DNA of 64,000 nt from Longimicrobiales bacterium. Its GTDB lineage: Bacteria; Gemmatimonadota; Gemmatimonadetes; Longimicrobiales; Gaopeijiaceae. The notes beneath the pieces were generated by a model. That model worked only from the letters and a program-made list of their open reading frames with translations. It was not told the DNA's origin and did not search any database. Made by a program: the position numbers and the translations under genes. Positions within the stretch are counted from its first letter, which is position 1, and each line of letters starts with the position of its first letter. Of this stretch, positions 10,916 through 23,523 are shown one piece after another. Location of the stretch: assembly GCA_965219445.1 (NCBI GenBank), contig CBDCNQ010000002.1, positions 224,001-288,000 on the forward strand. The letters run 5' to 3'.

Positions 10916-11872
10916 TCAGCCGACCCGTTCAATGTCCGCCTCCACCATGCCCCGAATCATGTCCTCGAAAGTGCATTGGGCTTCCCAACCGAGGTCCCGG
11001 TGCGCTTTGGTCGCATCTGCGATCAGGACATCCACTTCGGCAGGGCGGAAAAGGGAGGGATCAGTGACGACGTGGTCCTCCCAGGCCAGGCCCACGTGTT
11101 CGAATGCGACGTGTACGACGTCCAACACCGAGTGGGCCACGCCCGATCCGATGACGTAATCAGCAGGCTCGTCAGCCTGTAGCATCGACCACATGGCTCG
11201 TATGTAGTCCGGGGCGAACCCCCAATCACGACGTGCTTCGAGGTTCCCGAGGCGGAGTTCCTCAGCGAGGCCCAGTTTGATTCGTGCCACGCCATCCGTG
11301 ATCTTTCGAGTGACGAATTCTAACCCCCTACGAGGCGATTCGTGGTTGAAGAGAATGCCACTCACCGCGAACAGGTCGTATGACTCCCGGTAGTTTACCG
11401 TGATGTGATGGCCGTAGACCTTCGCAACACCGTAGGGTGACCGTGGGTAGAAAGGCGTTGTCTCCGATTGCGGCGCCTCCACGACTTTACCGAACATCTC
11501 GGATGAGCTGGCTTGGTAGAACCGAGCGCCCGGCGCGGTCATCCGCACCGCCTCCAAAATACGTGTGACTCCGAGGGCGGTGAACTCGCCGGTGAGCACC
11601 GGCTGCTGCCAGCTTGTCGGCACAAAGCTTTGAGCCGCGAGGTTATACACCTCATCCGGCTTCGACTCCCTCACAACCTGAGTGAGAGAGTGCTGGTCGA
11701 GAAGGTCCGCCGACACAATCTCGACCTGCCCGTTCAGGTGGGCGATTCTCTCGTACGAATGGTGGGACGTTCTTCGAACGACCCCAACCACTCGGTATCC
11801 ATTCTCGAGAAGGAACTCAGCTAGATAGGACCCATCTTGACCCGTGATTCCAGTAATGAGGGCTGTTGGCAC
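10916..11872 (-). CDS. gmd: GDP-mannose 4,6-dehydratase
   Basis: Motifs [49 protein letters not shown]. Confidence 0.95.
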   Translation of the reverse strand: MPTALITGITGQDGSYLAEFLLENGYRVVGVVRRTSHHSYERIAHLNGQVEIVSADLLDQHSLTQVVRESKPDEVYNLAAQSFVPTSWQQPVLTGEFTALGVTRILEAVRMTAPGARFYQASSSEMFGKVVEAPQSETTPFYPRSPYGVAKVYGHHITVNYRESYDLFAVSGILFNHESPRRGLEFVTRKITDGVARIKLGLAEELRLGNLEARRDWGFAPDYIRAMWSMLQADEPADYVIGSGVAHSVLDVVHVAFEHVGLAWEDHVVTDPSLFRPAEVDVLIADATKAHRDLGWEAQCTFEDMIRGMVEADIERVG

Positions 11873-11937
11873 GAAACTCCTCGTTGACTTGGATTCTCAC
11901 CCTCCTGAAGGACCGAGATTCGGGAGGTAGAACAGCT

Positions 11938-13452
11938 TCAGTGCGCCCCGCCGCCCTTAAATACCACGCGTCCAGTCCTGAGCAGGATCGCAAGATCACC
12001 TAGAACAGACCAATTCCGTACATATTCTAACTCTAGCATGGCCCGACGAGGATATCCGACATCCGCGCGACCGCTCACCGCCCAACTGCCGGTCAAACCG
12101 GGCCGTACGCATAAGAACAAGAGCGCGTGCTCCTGCGAGTAAAATTGTTGAAGTTCCGGAGGGGTAATGGGTCGCGGTCCCACCAATGACATATCGCCAG
12201 CGAGAACGTTGAAGAGCTGCGGAAGCTCATCAATGCTCCACCGCCGCAGGAATCTGCCCACCCTCGTAAGCCGTGGATCGACTTCCAACGGAAGCTTGTG
12301 CGAGTTTTCTTCGTAGATGGCCAACAACTGAGAATCGGCTCGGAGCACGTCTTCGGCATCGACCCTCATCGTCCGAAGCTTGAGAAACCCAAACAAACTG
12401 CCTGCGCGTCCATACCTGGGCTGCCTAAAGAGCACGGGGCCAGGCGAATCCACCTTGACGGCAATAGCAGCGACTACCAAAACGGGTGAGACCAGGGCCA
12501 AAAAGATGAGGGAGCCTACGATGTCCATCAAGCGTTTCGCCACCCACTGAGGGGCCTTGAGGCTTGGAGCGGTCAACTCGACCCAATGCGTGTCATCGAT
12601 AAAGATGGACCTCGGCACAACCCCAGACGTTCTAGGTGTAGTGAGGAGCCTGCAACCGTGAGCAAGGGATACATCGACGATCTCGGAGTAGGACCTCTCT
12701 GGAAATTCCCCGATCATGGCAACCGTATCGACGCCCTGCGTATCAATCGCCTCGCCCAGACGAGTACCGAAGACACTCCCGAGCTGCATTGGAAATTTTT
12801 CTACGACTTCAAATCCGCGCCCGGAGTGAAAGATCGCCTCAACCTCAGACATGGCACCCATGCTTTCCCCGCTCCCCAAGATCACGATCGTCCGTGCTGG
12901 AGGGGGTCCGGTCCACATGAGCGCCACGATCCGATCAATGATCGAGTGGAAGGCTGTCAGAGTCACGCCGAACACTGATGCCAGCGCGACCACTTGAAGT
13001 AGAACCAGCCAGAACAGCTCCGTCCGAAACGAGCCATACAGAGTCAACAACGCCGCAAAGCCTGCACCGGCGAACAGTCGGGACGAGTGTCGGCGGGCAT
13101 CCCCAGGGCCATACGCTCCCGAGAGCGTCAGGCCGATAATCAGAGCAACGATGAATTGCCCGACGTGGAGGAATCCCCTGGGGAATAGCAAGTTGACGAA
13201 CGCAGCCGACACGCCGTAGCCGGACAGCGCTCCGGACCGCAGCATCCTGACCGTAGACCGGAGAAGTACGAAGGCCGTTATATCCGCCGCGAGCAGAGCT
13301 GCGACCCGAAGTGCTCCACGGCTCCAGTGCAGGAAGATGTTCCTGGCTGGCGATCGGAATTCTCGCGAAACCCTTGGCGTCTCCACGGCTCCCTCGGGAA
13401 AGCCGGGTGCCGACCTTCCCGATCTGTGAGTGGCACCCTCCGACACCTGCAC
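11938..13452 (-). CDS. Priming undecaprenyl-phosphate glycosyl-1-phosphate transferase (WcaJ/CpsE-like)
   Basis: N-terminal TM segments; [46 protein letters not shown]. Confidence 0.9.
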   Translation of the reverse strand: MQVSEGATHRSGRSAPGFPEGAVETPRVSREFRSPARNIFLHWSRGALRVAALLAADITAFVLLRSTVRMLRSGALSGYGVSAAFVNLLFPRGFLHVGQFIVALIIGLTLSGAYGPGDARRHSSRLFAGAGFAALLTLYGSFRTELFWLVLLQVVALASVFGVTLTAFHSIIDRIVALMWTGPPPARTIVILGSGESMGAMSEVEAIFHSGRGFEVVEKFPMQLGSVFGTRLGEAIDTQGVDTVAMIGEFPERSYSEIVDVSLAHGCRLLTTPRTSGVVPRSIFIDDTHWVELTAPSLKAPQWVAKRLMDIVGSLIFLALVSPVLVVAAIAVKVDSPGPVLFRQPRYGRAGSLFGFLKLRTMRVDAEDVLRADSQLLAIYEENSHKLPLEVDPRLTRVGRFLRRWSIDELPQLFNVLAGDMSLVGPRPITPPELQQFYSQEHALLFLCVRPGLTGSWAVSGRADVGYPRRAMLELEYVRNWSVLGDLAILLRTGRVVFKGGGAH

Positions 13453-13585
13453 TAGTTCTTCCAGGGGGTCGTCATGTCGGTCGAAGAGCCGGTGAGGGAG
13501 AGGTGTCCAGCAATTCTCATCGAAGCAAAGCTAACCCCGCGTGCGACGGGCGCCAGATGTTTCATGCTATCGGTGGAAAGAAATG

Positions 13586-14319
13586 TCACTCGCTCATTGT
13601 CAGGCCTGCAGCGACCCCATCCTCGAGCACCACGCCGGCCACACTCACCAGCCAGCTACGGAGCTCCTCCTCGTTCATGCCCCACACCTCGGACCGGAGA
13701 CTGTGGATCATCTCCTCCACCTCACCCAGGGCCGTCCCCATGTCTCCGTTGCGTAGAACCATCACCTTTTCGATGCCGGTGGGCTCGGCACTCTCGTCCG
13801 GCGCCGCCAACCGCTCGTGTAGCTTCTCGCCCGGGCGCATCCCCGTGATCTCGATTGAGGCGTCGTACCCCTCGGTGCGGCCAGCCAGCCGGATCATACT
13901 CCGGGCCAGGTCCAAGATCTTTACCGGGTCGCCCATCTCCAGCATCGCGACCTTGCCGCGGGTCTCCGGGAGCAGCGAGGACTGCAGGACGAGCTGCACC
14001 GCCTCGGGGATGGTCATGAAGTAGCGGGTCACCTCTTCGTGCGTCACGGTGAGAGGCTGGCGGTCCTCGATTTGCCGCTGGAATACCGGGACCACGCTGC
14101 CCGCGCTCCCGAGCACATTCCCGAACCGGACGACGTGCCAGTCGGTGTCTAGATAACGCCTGGCGAACGCCAGGGTGAGCAGTTCCGCCAGTCGCTTGGT
14201 GGCACCCATGACGGAGAGGGGCGGACGGCCTTGTCCGTGGAAATGAGAACGAACTTCTCGACGCTCAACTCCCCGGCCACTTCAGCCACCTGCCAGGTAC
14301 CCAGGACGTTGTTACGAAC
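13586..14319 (-). pseudogene. CapD/PglF-type nucleoside-diphosphate sugar dehydratase, C-terminal part, truncated by IS3
   Basis: Motifs MGATKRLAE, VRFGNVLGSAGSVVP, TRYFMTIPEA, GMRPGEKLHE; frameshift near 14215; IS3 end at 14320. Confidence 0.85.
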
Positions 14320-14870
14320 TGACCTGCCCCCAAGAGTGGTACCACATCCTATGTTAGTCCCAGCACCTGTGGAGGGCCGTGAAGGACGGGCATCCTCAGG
14401 AACCAGGGCGACGGCTTAATCGCCTCAGGGGCCGGGGGAAAGCCGCCGCAGGCGCTGTGGGGTCGGACGGTATTGTACTCGCGCCTCCATTGCTCGACCA
14501 GCACGGCCGCCTGCGCCAACGAGTAGAAGATCTCCCCGTTCAACAGCTCGTCCCTGAGCTTGCCGTTGAAGCTCTCGTTGTAGCCGTTCTCCCACGGGCT
14601 GCCCGGCTCGATAAAGAGCGCCTCGACGCCCACGCGCCCCAACCACCGCCGCACGAGCTTCGCGGTGAACTCCGGTCCGTTGTCCGACCTCAGATACTCG
14701 GGAGGCCCGTGTCGGACGAACAGATCGGCCAGCACCTCGAGCACGTCGTGCGAGCGGATCTTGCGAGCCACCACGATCGCCAGGCACTCCCTCGTGTGCT
14801 CGTCCAGCACTGTCAGCAGCTTCAGCGCACGCCCGTCGTGCGTCCTCGAGGCCACGAAGTCATACGCCTT
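14320..14870 (-). mobile_element. IS3 family element, 3' part of orfB plus right IR
   Basis: RSDNGPEF and PGSPWENGYNESFNGKLRDELLN; end TGACCTGCCCCCAAGAGTGGTACC; truncated by IS30. Confidence 0.9.
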
Positions 14871-15966
14871 GGATTCATATAGTAAGTGCAACAAACCACC
14901 CGACCGAACTGCACAAAGAAGTTGAGGCGAGCTGGGACGCCCTAGACCTTCCTTCTCGACGAAAAGGAGGAAGTTCATGAACAGGTATCGCCAGCTCACC
15001 TCTGGTGAGCGATATGCGCTCTCTGCGCTCAGAAAACAAGGATGCAACCAAGCTGCGATCGCTCGAGCACTGGGCCGACATCGAAGTACGATCAGCCGTG
15101 AGGTGCGCCGCAACTCGAAGGATCGTCAGGGCCGGGCCTATCGACCGGACCTGGCCGATGACTACGCCCGGTGGAGACGAGGCAGATCGCGCCGTCAATG
15201 AGCGCTTCGGTGCATCGGACTGGCGAATGGTGGAGGCGTGCCTCAGGCAACAGTGGAGCCCTGAGCAAGCCGCAGGCTGGTTACGGCGCAAGGCTCGGCT
15301 CTCGATCAGCCACGAGACCATCTACCGCCACATCTGGCGCGACCGAAAGCGCGGTGGCCGCCTGTATCTGCATCTGCGCTGTTCGCCCAAGCAACGCCGA
15401 AAACGGTACGGATCCTATGATTCCCGAGGTCGGTTGGCCGGCAAACGGCCGATATCTGAGCGCCCAGCTGGCGCACAGAACCGAAGCCGAGTCGGCCACC
15501 TCGAAGCCGATACCGTGATCGGTACCAGCTCCGACAAGCACTGCGTCCTCACCTTCGTCGATCGTAAGACGGGCTACGTGATGATCGGCAAGCTCGAGGC
15601 TCGTACCGTCGAGGCTACGAACCGTCGAGCCGTTCGTCTGATCAAGACTGCCGCTCGCCCCACTCACACCATCACGGCCGACAACGGAACTGAGTTCCAC
15701 GGCTATGGGGCGATCGAAGCAGAAACCGGATCGAAATTCTACTTCGCCGCGCCCTACCACTCTTGGGAAAGGGGGACCAGCGAGAACACGAACGGTCTGA
15801 TTCGTCAGTACCTACCGAAGCGTACCAGCATGGCTCACATCACCCAGCATGCTTGCAACCGCATCGCTCACAAACTCAACAACCGACCCAGGAAGCGTTT
15901 AGGCTATCGCACCCCCGAGGAATGCTATGTACAGATCTAGCTCGTGTTGCACTTCAAAGTTGATCC
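14871..15966 (+). mobile_element. IS30 family element (transposase 14977..15940, frameshifted near 15190)
   Basis: YRQLTSGERY...IARALGRHRSTISREVRRN, WSPEQ, GHLEADT, TADNGTEF, WERGTSENTNGLIRQYLPK; IRs ...AAGTGCAAC / GTTGCACTT... Confidence 0.9.
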
Positions 15967-18900
15967 GAAGACCGCTAACGTCCACCATCTCCCTGAACCG
16001 ACAGAACGCATTCGCCATCCGCATCTGCTTCGGCGACTTGCACTCGGGTGCAAATAGCTCCGCGGGCGCAACCACGACCGCCAAGCACATCGCTCGCGAC
16101 GTCGCCACATTGAGCCGGTTCGCACTGTAAAGAAAGTCCATCCCGCGAGGCGCATCCTCCGCACTGGAACTCGTCATCAAATAGATCACCACCGGCGCCT
16201 CCTGCCCCTGGAACTTGTCCACAGTGCCCACCAGAGCCTGTTCCGGTAACGCCTCGGCCAGCGTACTCACCTGCGCGTTGTAAGGCGCCACCACGATGAT
16301 ATCGGATAGACCCAGTGTGCGCACCGTCCCGTCTCGATAGGTCCAGGTCGGTGCCGCCGCGAGTAGATCCTCTACTAGGCTCGCGACCAATGCCACCTCC
16401 TCATCAGACTGGTTCTGGTTCCCCGCGTGCTCCGCAGAAATCCAGCGTAGTCCCGCACCACTGACGCTTCCCCCCTCCCCCACCATCTGCTTGTCGAGGC
16501 CATCCCTGGAGCGGAGCCTGCCTCGATAGAACATCTCCGATGTGAAGTCCGTCATATCCGGATGCAGCCGCCAGGTCTCGGGGAGGAACAACCCGAGATC
16601 ACCCCCGGCCGTCGCCTCCCCCACCAGCAGATGATCGAGCGCAGAAGCGTCCGCTCCCGGCGGATGCACTCCCCGCTGCGGCTGCTCGAGCTGCCTCGGA
16701 TCCCCCAGCAACACCAGGCTCCTTGCCGCCGGTGAGACCGCAAGTGCATTCGCTAGCGAAAACTGCCCCGCCTCGTCGATGAACAGGAAATCGACCGATC
16801 CCACCATGTCCTCCCGGCTCCAGAGCCAAGCCGTCCCCGCCGCGAGCCGTACCTCGCCCTCGGTAAGAGCCTCTAGAACCTGGGCGTTACCCCCGATCTC
16901 GATCTCATCAGAGTCGCATCGGTCATCTTCGCTCGCCTTCTGGATTCCCCGGATTGCGTAACCCGCCTCGCGGGCCGCCTCGCAGGTCGCGTCCAGCAGA
17001 TTGCCGATCACCTTGTGGCTCGTCGCACAGATTCCCACTCGCTTGCCCGCCTGGATCAGATCGAGGATGATTCGGGCCCCCATGAAGGTCTTCCCTGCCC
17101 CGGGCGGTCCCTGGACCGGCAACACCGAGTGATCGAGCGCACGCACCACGCGGATCGCCCCGTCCAGAGTGGGTTCGCCTGAGGTCAGCAGCGGAGCACC
17201 GTCTTCCTGACCCGCGCGAGGTCGCTCGCTTAGGAGCAGCCCCACCGCAGCGCGGTACGGATTGTCCATGCCGAGCCCGTGCGAGACCGTCGCGTCACCG
17301 ATGCGCAACAAGCTTTCTCTGAGAACTCCATCGTGCACGTCGTCGAGCGGCACCATCACGGTCGGGTGGACCAGTCCCTTACGCTTGCCTCGCTTCAGAT
17401 CGACCGTGCGCCCGATCTCGTCGATCGCCACGACCTCGCCGCACCCTTTCTCTGTGGCCGGGTCTCTAGGCGTCTTCCCCACACGAATCGAATGCTCCTG
17501 CCGCAGGAATCGGAATCGATGGATCTCGGAGCGGGCGACGGTACCCACGACACCCTCGTACTCCATCCCACCCACCGCGGAACGGTCCTCGATCAGCTCC
17601 TCCTCGGTGAGTTCAAGCCAACTGAAATACTGCCACCACGTCGACTTCTTCTCTCGGGGATGCCAGTTGAGGAGTTGTGCCAAGAGCCAACGGCCCTGTT
17701 CTTCAGGGGACCGTTCACCCTCAGCAGCAGGGACGTCACTCGTCAGAGCAGTAACGAGTGCTTCCACCCGCTGGAGGTGCTCCGGCGTTTCTTCCGGCGC
17801 ATCGGATTCGGGCGGCTCGGGCCGTGGAACCCCCGCGCCGGTCTCGGCCTCGAGTTCGCCGCGTAGCCCCTCCAGCCAGTCCCGGAGACGCAGAGTCGAG
17901 ACGCAATCATCACGGTTGTAGCCCTCGATCTCATCGAGGAGCACCGAGTCCTCGTCACCGTCCCCCTCCAACGCCAGCCATGCCCCGAAGTCCGGGAGTG
18001 CGCGCGAGGCCCTACGAAGATCCACGTCCCGCTCGAACCCGTAGAACGGCTCCATCTTCTTGATCGAATAGCTCTCGACCGACGCCCGCAGTCCCTGTCG
18101 AACGACCCGATACAGATCCACGAAGGCGCCGGTTCTCAGGAGGTCGTCCACCTGCTCTTCGCGAACTCCGTGCCGACCCATCAGTCGTTTCAGCGCCGTC
18201 GGCTCGTACGGAGCGTAGTGATAGATGTGAAAGTCGGGGTCTTCTGCAAGGCGCGCCGTGACGAAGTCCATGAACGCCTCGAATTGTGCCTTCTCCTCCT
18301 GTCTGGAGAGGGCCCAAAGCCCCTTGTATTCGCCCTTCGTATCGACCCAGCCGAACAGATACTCGAGCCCCTGGTCCTGGTAGTGGGGATCACCCTCGAA
18401 GTCGAAGAAGATGTCCCTCTCGGAGGGAGCTGGAAGCGCTGCCAGCCCCTGCCCGTCGACCACGGGCGTGAGCAACTCGTAGCGCGGCGCCTCGGCTTTC
18501 CGCCCCTCCAACTGGATGCGCGCCTGTTCGCGAATTCTCTCGGCCGCGACCGTGCTGACGCCGTCCAGCCTGGGTGTAATCGGCAGGGGCAAGTTTGCGA
18601 GGGCAGCCAGGGTCTCAACAGAACGCTCTATCAGTAGCGCTCGCTGCTTGCGGGTGATGCCAGCCACGAGGGAGAGGTGGTCGACGTCGTGGCGCTCGCC
18701 ATCGCAGCGGCCCTTCCACGCGCAGATGGTGCAGTGTTCGCACGGATCGGTAGAACGCCGCGAAATCCGTGTACTGAAACCGCCCCGGGTGCGCGTCCGG
18801 CCCACCGAGCGCCAGGACCATCTCCTCCGGCTCGACGCCCTGGACGCGGGCCAGTAGGTCGGTGTAGAACGTGATCTGCAGGACGGCGCCTGCCTTCGCT

Positions 18901-19337
18901 TCCCGTGCCAGCTTGGTATCGACGACCTCGTAGGACCAGTCGCCGAAGTCACTCGGGACTTCGACCCGGCGTAGGAAGTCGGGCTTTCCGAGCCAGGGCT
19001 CGCTGAAGAGCACGCCCTAGTAGATCACATCGGGGCCGGACTTCATGGCTTCGGTGGTTTCGGCGGCGAGTTGGCGCCAGTCGTCGGGGGATCTTCGAGC
19101 GGGTTCGTCTTGGAATTCGACTACGCTGAGGCTTTCGGCCTTTAGAGCGTCGAGGTAGGCTGCCTCATGCTCGAGGCCACGGGCGAAGAGCGCCTCGAGG
19201 GCTGGGTCGTCGTACTTGGGGGGCTTGGGCTGGAGACCGAGAGCGGTGAGGCGGTCGAGTAGGGTGAGGTGGTGGCAGGATAGGAACTTGCTGAGGCCTG
19301 TGGCGGAGAGGATGAGGGTCGTGTCGGAGAGGTGCAT
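15967..19337 (-). pseudogene. TM0106-family RecB-like nuclease / RNase H-like / SF1 helicase, frameshifted
   Basis: Three consecutive frames: LSATGLSKFLSCHHL; GKPDFLRR...YEVVDTKLA; FFDFEGDP, YNRDDC, QGPPGAGKT, IDEAGQ, GTVDKFQGQE. IS30 abuts the C-terminus. Confidence 0.85.
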
Positions 19338-19638
19338 TGGGTGGTGCTGTTCCTTCGGCACGTACGACCATACGAGCGCATGTCCCCAGGGGGACACCAG
19401 CGTAGGGCGCGAAGCTTTAGGCTGCAAGAGACCCGAAGAAAAAAGATAGAAGAAACGCGGTTGGGCGCCTGTTTCTCCGTCAATCAGTCTAAGCCGCGCT
19501 CAACCTACGCGAAGGAGCGACAACGTGAAGCCTGGTGTTGTTGACCCGTCTTGACCCACCCCTCACCTTATCGGGACCATGAAAGTGATCATTTTCAGAT
19601 AGAGGCCGGGGGCTACGGTTCTCAAGGGAGGGTGAGGT

Positions 19639-20110
19639 GTGAGCGCTGGAAAGTACGTCATCCGGTGTCAGGCGTGTGGTCGTGGACGCTCCGTCGATCA
19701 CCAGCTGTTGTCCCATCTCAGTCAGCACACCGGTATTCGACCGAACACCCAGGATGACCTCCTGCGTTTGATAAATCGACTTAGATGCTCATCCTGCGGG
19801 CAGCCTGGCCAGTTACTGTGGCAGCAAGACGGAAAGGAGTGGAAGGCCGTAAGAATTCAGGGTGCCGGCGAGTGCGCCATATGTGGAAAAGTCGTACGGC
19901 GTGGAATCAATGTTTATCGGAGTAGGGATGGCCTAACTCGACACCGCCGATGCGACCCTGAATCTTTTCGGTACTACGCCAGCGGCGTCGGCAGGTACAA
20001 GGAAGCGTTTCACAAGTCGTCTTGCGGCTGGGTGGCCCGACTAGACAAGTCGAATATGCTTGTCTTCGCGTCGAAGAAACAAGCTGAGTTCTCGGGATTG
20101 AGACCTTGGT
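19639..20110 (+). pseudogene. Cys-rich zinc-binding protein with Ada metal-binding-like domain, truncated
   Basis: Three CxxC pairs and FHKSSCGWV...VFASKKQAEFSGLRP; collides with an opposite-strand ORF. Confidence 0.5.
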
Positions 20111-20521
20111 TTCTATATCGCCCTTCAGGCCGGAACCGTCATTTACTAGTTCCCGCCTGCAGTCCCCTGGGATGTCGTCACATCGCTTCACCGCTGGTGC
20201 CAGTTGACGCGCCTGGATGGAGGCGCGGATTCTGTCGGCCAACTGAATCGTCTTCCGCCTTGCCTCGAGGACCCGTTGGTGGATGGCGTGGTGGATCTTC
20301 TGCTCCTGCCCATCCGGCTGCGTCTGAGCTTGGTCCGGGACGTTAGCAGCTCCGTTCTCGGCGGCCATATTGTCAACGTCCAAATCTGCCCTGAGGGCTT
20401 CGAAATCAAGAGCCGGGAAGCTCAGTTCACCGGAGTAGCGGGGCTGAATGGTTGGTGGTCCAAACCAGCCCCTGACGAACCGAGTGAACCGCGCCCACGC
20501 CCCCCCTCTGCGCTCATTCAT
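20105..20521 (-). pseudogene. Hypothetical protein N-terminal fragment
   Basis: Protein-like stretch FPALDFEALRADLDVDNMAAENGAANVP ends at the junction with the ORF above. Confidence 0.4.
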
Positions 20522-20851
20522 GCTGAGGCATTGTACTGGTCCACAGGCCCGGCCGGTCTCTATATATGGCAGCCCTTTGGGCGGCACTCAGACGAGCGAG
20601 TGGATTGGACATTGGCGAACTCCTACTTCAGACGGGGGTAAAACATCTTATGTGCGGGCCGGTAGGCGCAAGTCGTCGGCTGCTGCTTTGGACCGCGCCC
20701 ACTCCGCTGGTGCCGACTTGGGATCTCGAAATCAGGTCCAAATGAATGGCCACGGCCGGGCTTCCAAGACGCGTGGCAGGACGACGAGAGGACACGGGTC
20801 GGCAGCCCGTCCACCTTGCCCCCCCACCCCCCACCCCAGCACCTTTGAACC

Positions 20852-21135
20852 CATGACTTGCTTGCTCCCGCACACCATGATCGCACTGACCACCCTCCTC
20901 CTCGCCCTCCCCACCCCCACCCCAGCACAGGACGCACAGCAAGACGACCCCTACATCCAGATCACCTTCCTCGACGTAGGCCAAGCCGACGCTGTCGTCA
21001 TCCGCGCACCAGAAGGTCAGACCGCACTCATCGACGCCGGACGAAGCAATCCGCTCCATTTGCTCAGCGACATGGACATCGACGAGATCGACCTCCTGGT
21101 CGCTACCCATCCACATGCCGACCACATCGGCGGGA
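20852..21135 (+). pseudogene. ComEC/Rec2-like MBL-fold hydrolase N-terminus, truncated by IS256
   Basis: Signal peptide, ITFLDVGQADA, LIDAG, THPHADHIGG. Confidence 0.85.
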
Positions 21136-22529
21136 GGTCAAGTTCCGAGTTGTGTGTAAAAGTGAGGGGAAGCTCCTCGATGCTTCGGTCAGGCTGCCTT
21201 GGCGACCTCCTTGGGCTCGAGGAGTGAGAGGTCCAGGTAACGGCGCTCGCTCCAGACCGCAGTAGTCCTCAGAGCAACGGCGGTGATGAGGCGGAGTGCA
21301 CTGGCTCGGTCGGGGAAGGCGCCGGCGCTCCGGATCCGACGCTTGATCTCGGTGTGCAGGCGCTCGAGGCTGTTCGTGGTGCGTAGCCTGGCCCAGTGGG
21401 GCTCGGGAAACGCGTAGAACTGGGTGGCGGCCGTGAAGCCCCGCTCGAGCACCCTCATTGCCTCGGGGAGTTCGTTGTGCCGGCGCGCCGTGATCTCGGC
21501 CAGGCGCTTCTTCGCCTTAGCGAGCCCGGGGGCCCGGAAGACGGCGGCAACCTCGCGCGCCACACGCTTGCGCAGGCGATGCGGGACCTTGGCCAGCACG
21601 TTGCGTTGCAGGTGCACGGTGCAGCGCTGACGGCGCACCTCAGGCAAGAAGCGGCGCAGCGCAGCTGCCAGGCCCGCGTGCTCGTCGGCGATCACCAGTT
21701 CGACGCCGCTGAGACCTCGCTCCAGGAGCTGCTCGAGGAGCTCGGACCAACTGTCCTCTGACTCCTCAGGGCCTAGCGTGATGGCCAGGAGCCGGCGGTG
21801 ACCGTCCGGATCCACCGCGTAGGCCACGAGCGCGCTCACGTTCTCGACCTTCCTGGCCCAGCGCGCATCGAGGAACGTCGCGTCCAGATACAGATAGGGG
21901 TGAGGCCCCTCGATGGGTGCGTTCCGCAGCGCTTCTACAGCCCCATCGAGCCGCTTCGCGACCAGCCTTACCGTCGAGCGTCCCACGCGCTCACCCAGCA
22001 GTGCTTCGGTCACGTCGCCCATCTTGCGCTGCGACACACCGCTCACGTAGGCCTCCACCATCATCTCGTCCACTTCTTCACTCCTGCGCCGGTAGCGGCC
22101 CATCACGTCGGCGGGCGAGCCGCCTTCCCGGCTGCGCGGCACCATCACGTCGATCTGACCCAAGCTCGTGAGCAGGCGCCTGAGGTACGTGCCGTTCCTG
22201 TGGTCCTTCCGGCTGCCGACCCGCTCGAAACGACGCGCTCCGACCATCGCTTTCAACTCCTCCTCCAGCACCATCTCGAGCGTCACACGGATCGCGCCCT
22301 GAAACAACGACTTTAAATCCTGCCGTAACTCATCTTGCGTGGCCCGCTCAACTTCAACCATCTTTTCCATGAGGAAGCTCCTTTCCGGTTCCGGACCTGC
22401 TGGCGCAGGCCCGGACTCCCCGGGTTCATGTGATGATGAACATTCACAAGGAGCTTCCTCTCTCTTTCCCGGGCTCTCCACCCTCCCCGGACCCCTCACC
22501 CCCTTTTACACAAATATCGCGACACTACC
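21136..22529 (-). mobile_element. IS256 family element, complete (transposase 21189..22370)
   Basis: RNGTYLRRLLT, YLYLDAT, QRCTVHLQRN, RTTNSLERL; IRs GGTCAAGTTCCGAGTTGTGTGTAAAA / TTTTACACAAATATCGCGACACTACC. Confidence 0.92.
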
Positions 22530-22788
22530 AGTTGTGGGTCCTGGTGGCACAGTGACGTTCGTCCGCCGAAGTGGGATCGGTATGGTGCCGGACTCCATTG
22601 AGACCACGCTCGATGATGCCGGACAGTTTCTGGTGAACCCCGACCCCGTGGGCGTCGGGGACGTCATCGCCGACCTGACGATACGTCATCCGACCCTGGA
22701 CGGTCCGAAAACAACCACCGGAATCCGGGTCTCCACTCGCCATATGGACGTGCCCATCGATCTGAGTCAGGTTCTATATCTACCGTAG
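22530..22788 (+). pseudogene. C-terminal part of the lipoprotein split at 5712
   Basis: VTFVRRSGI...TTLDDAGQF resembles the first repeat LVFRRTAGI...TTDGDGLY of 5712-6181. Confidence 0.5.
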
Positions 22789-22860
22789 GTAATGCCTTAG
22801 GAAGTGGTGGGTGTCCGGCTCGAATTGAAGTACATTGATGTGTTTCACATCGATGGGTGA

Positions 22861-23523
22861 ATGTTTTCAGGTGTTGTGGATGATATGGAATACCGTGCGA
22901 AGATGAGGAGAGCGTACCCGCTCGTCGCGAGTCTGGCCTTGATCGGAGCCGGTTTCCTCCCCGCCATGGCCCAAGATACGGCCTCCCCTGGTGGACTCGT
23001 ACTGCCGGGAGACCGGATCGGGATCCGGGCCTGGACGGCGAGAGAGATGGATGGGCCTTATGACGTCGACGAACTCGGTAACGTCATCCTGCCGCGACTG
23101 GGACGGGTGACCGTGGGTGGGCTGACCACTTCCCAGGTCCGAGACTCTCTGCAGAGGTCGTACGAGGAGTTCCTTCGTGGGGCTACTGTGGAGGTTCGGG
23201 TGCTTCGCCGCGTGGGCGTCGGTGGAGAGGTGCGCCTACCCTCTCTCTACTGGGTCGATTCCACGATCTCCCTCCGCGATGCCATAGCCATGGCGGGGGG
23301 AATGACTCCTATGGGAAATCCCGGCCGTGTACTCCTTCTCAGATCCGGTACGCGCACCACGATCGATCTGGAGGCCGCGAGCAGCGATCTGCCGACCGCG
23401 CTTCTCTCGGGTGACCAGGTCGTGGTCCCGCTCAGGAGCTGGCTCTCTCGTAACGCGCCTCTTGTAGTGACTACGAGTGTGAGCTTGATCACGGTATTCA
23501 CCGGGATACTTCTAGCCCGATGA
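22861..23523 (+). CDS. Polysaccharide export protein (Wza-like, Poly_export + SLBB)
   Basis: LPGDRIGI, VDELGNVILPRLGRVTVGGLT, GEVRLPS, DAIAMAGG. Confidence 0.8.
   Translation: MFSGVVDDMEYRAKMRRAYPLVASLALIGAGFLPAMAQDTASPGGLVLPGDRIGIRAWTAREMDGPYDVDELGNVILPRLGRVTVGGLTTSQVRDSLQRSYEEFLRGATVEVRVLRRVGVGGEVRLPSLYWVDSTISLRDAIAMAGGMTPMGNPGRVLLLRSGTRTTIDLEAASSDLPTALLSGDQVVVPLRSWLSRNAPLVVTTSVSLITVFTGILLAR

Noticed and set aside
15967..19337. Cas4-like nuclease suggesting CRISPR-Cas
   Set aside because: Architecture is TM0106 nuclease-helicase; no cas genes or repeat-spacer array seen in the window.
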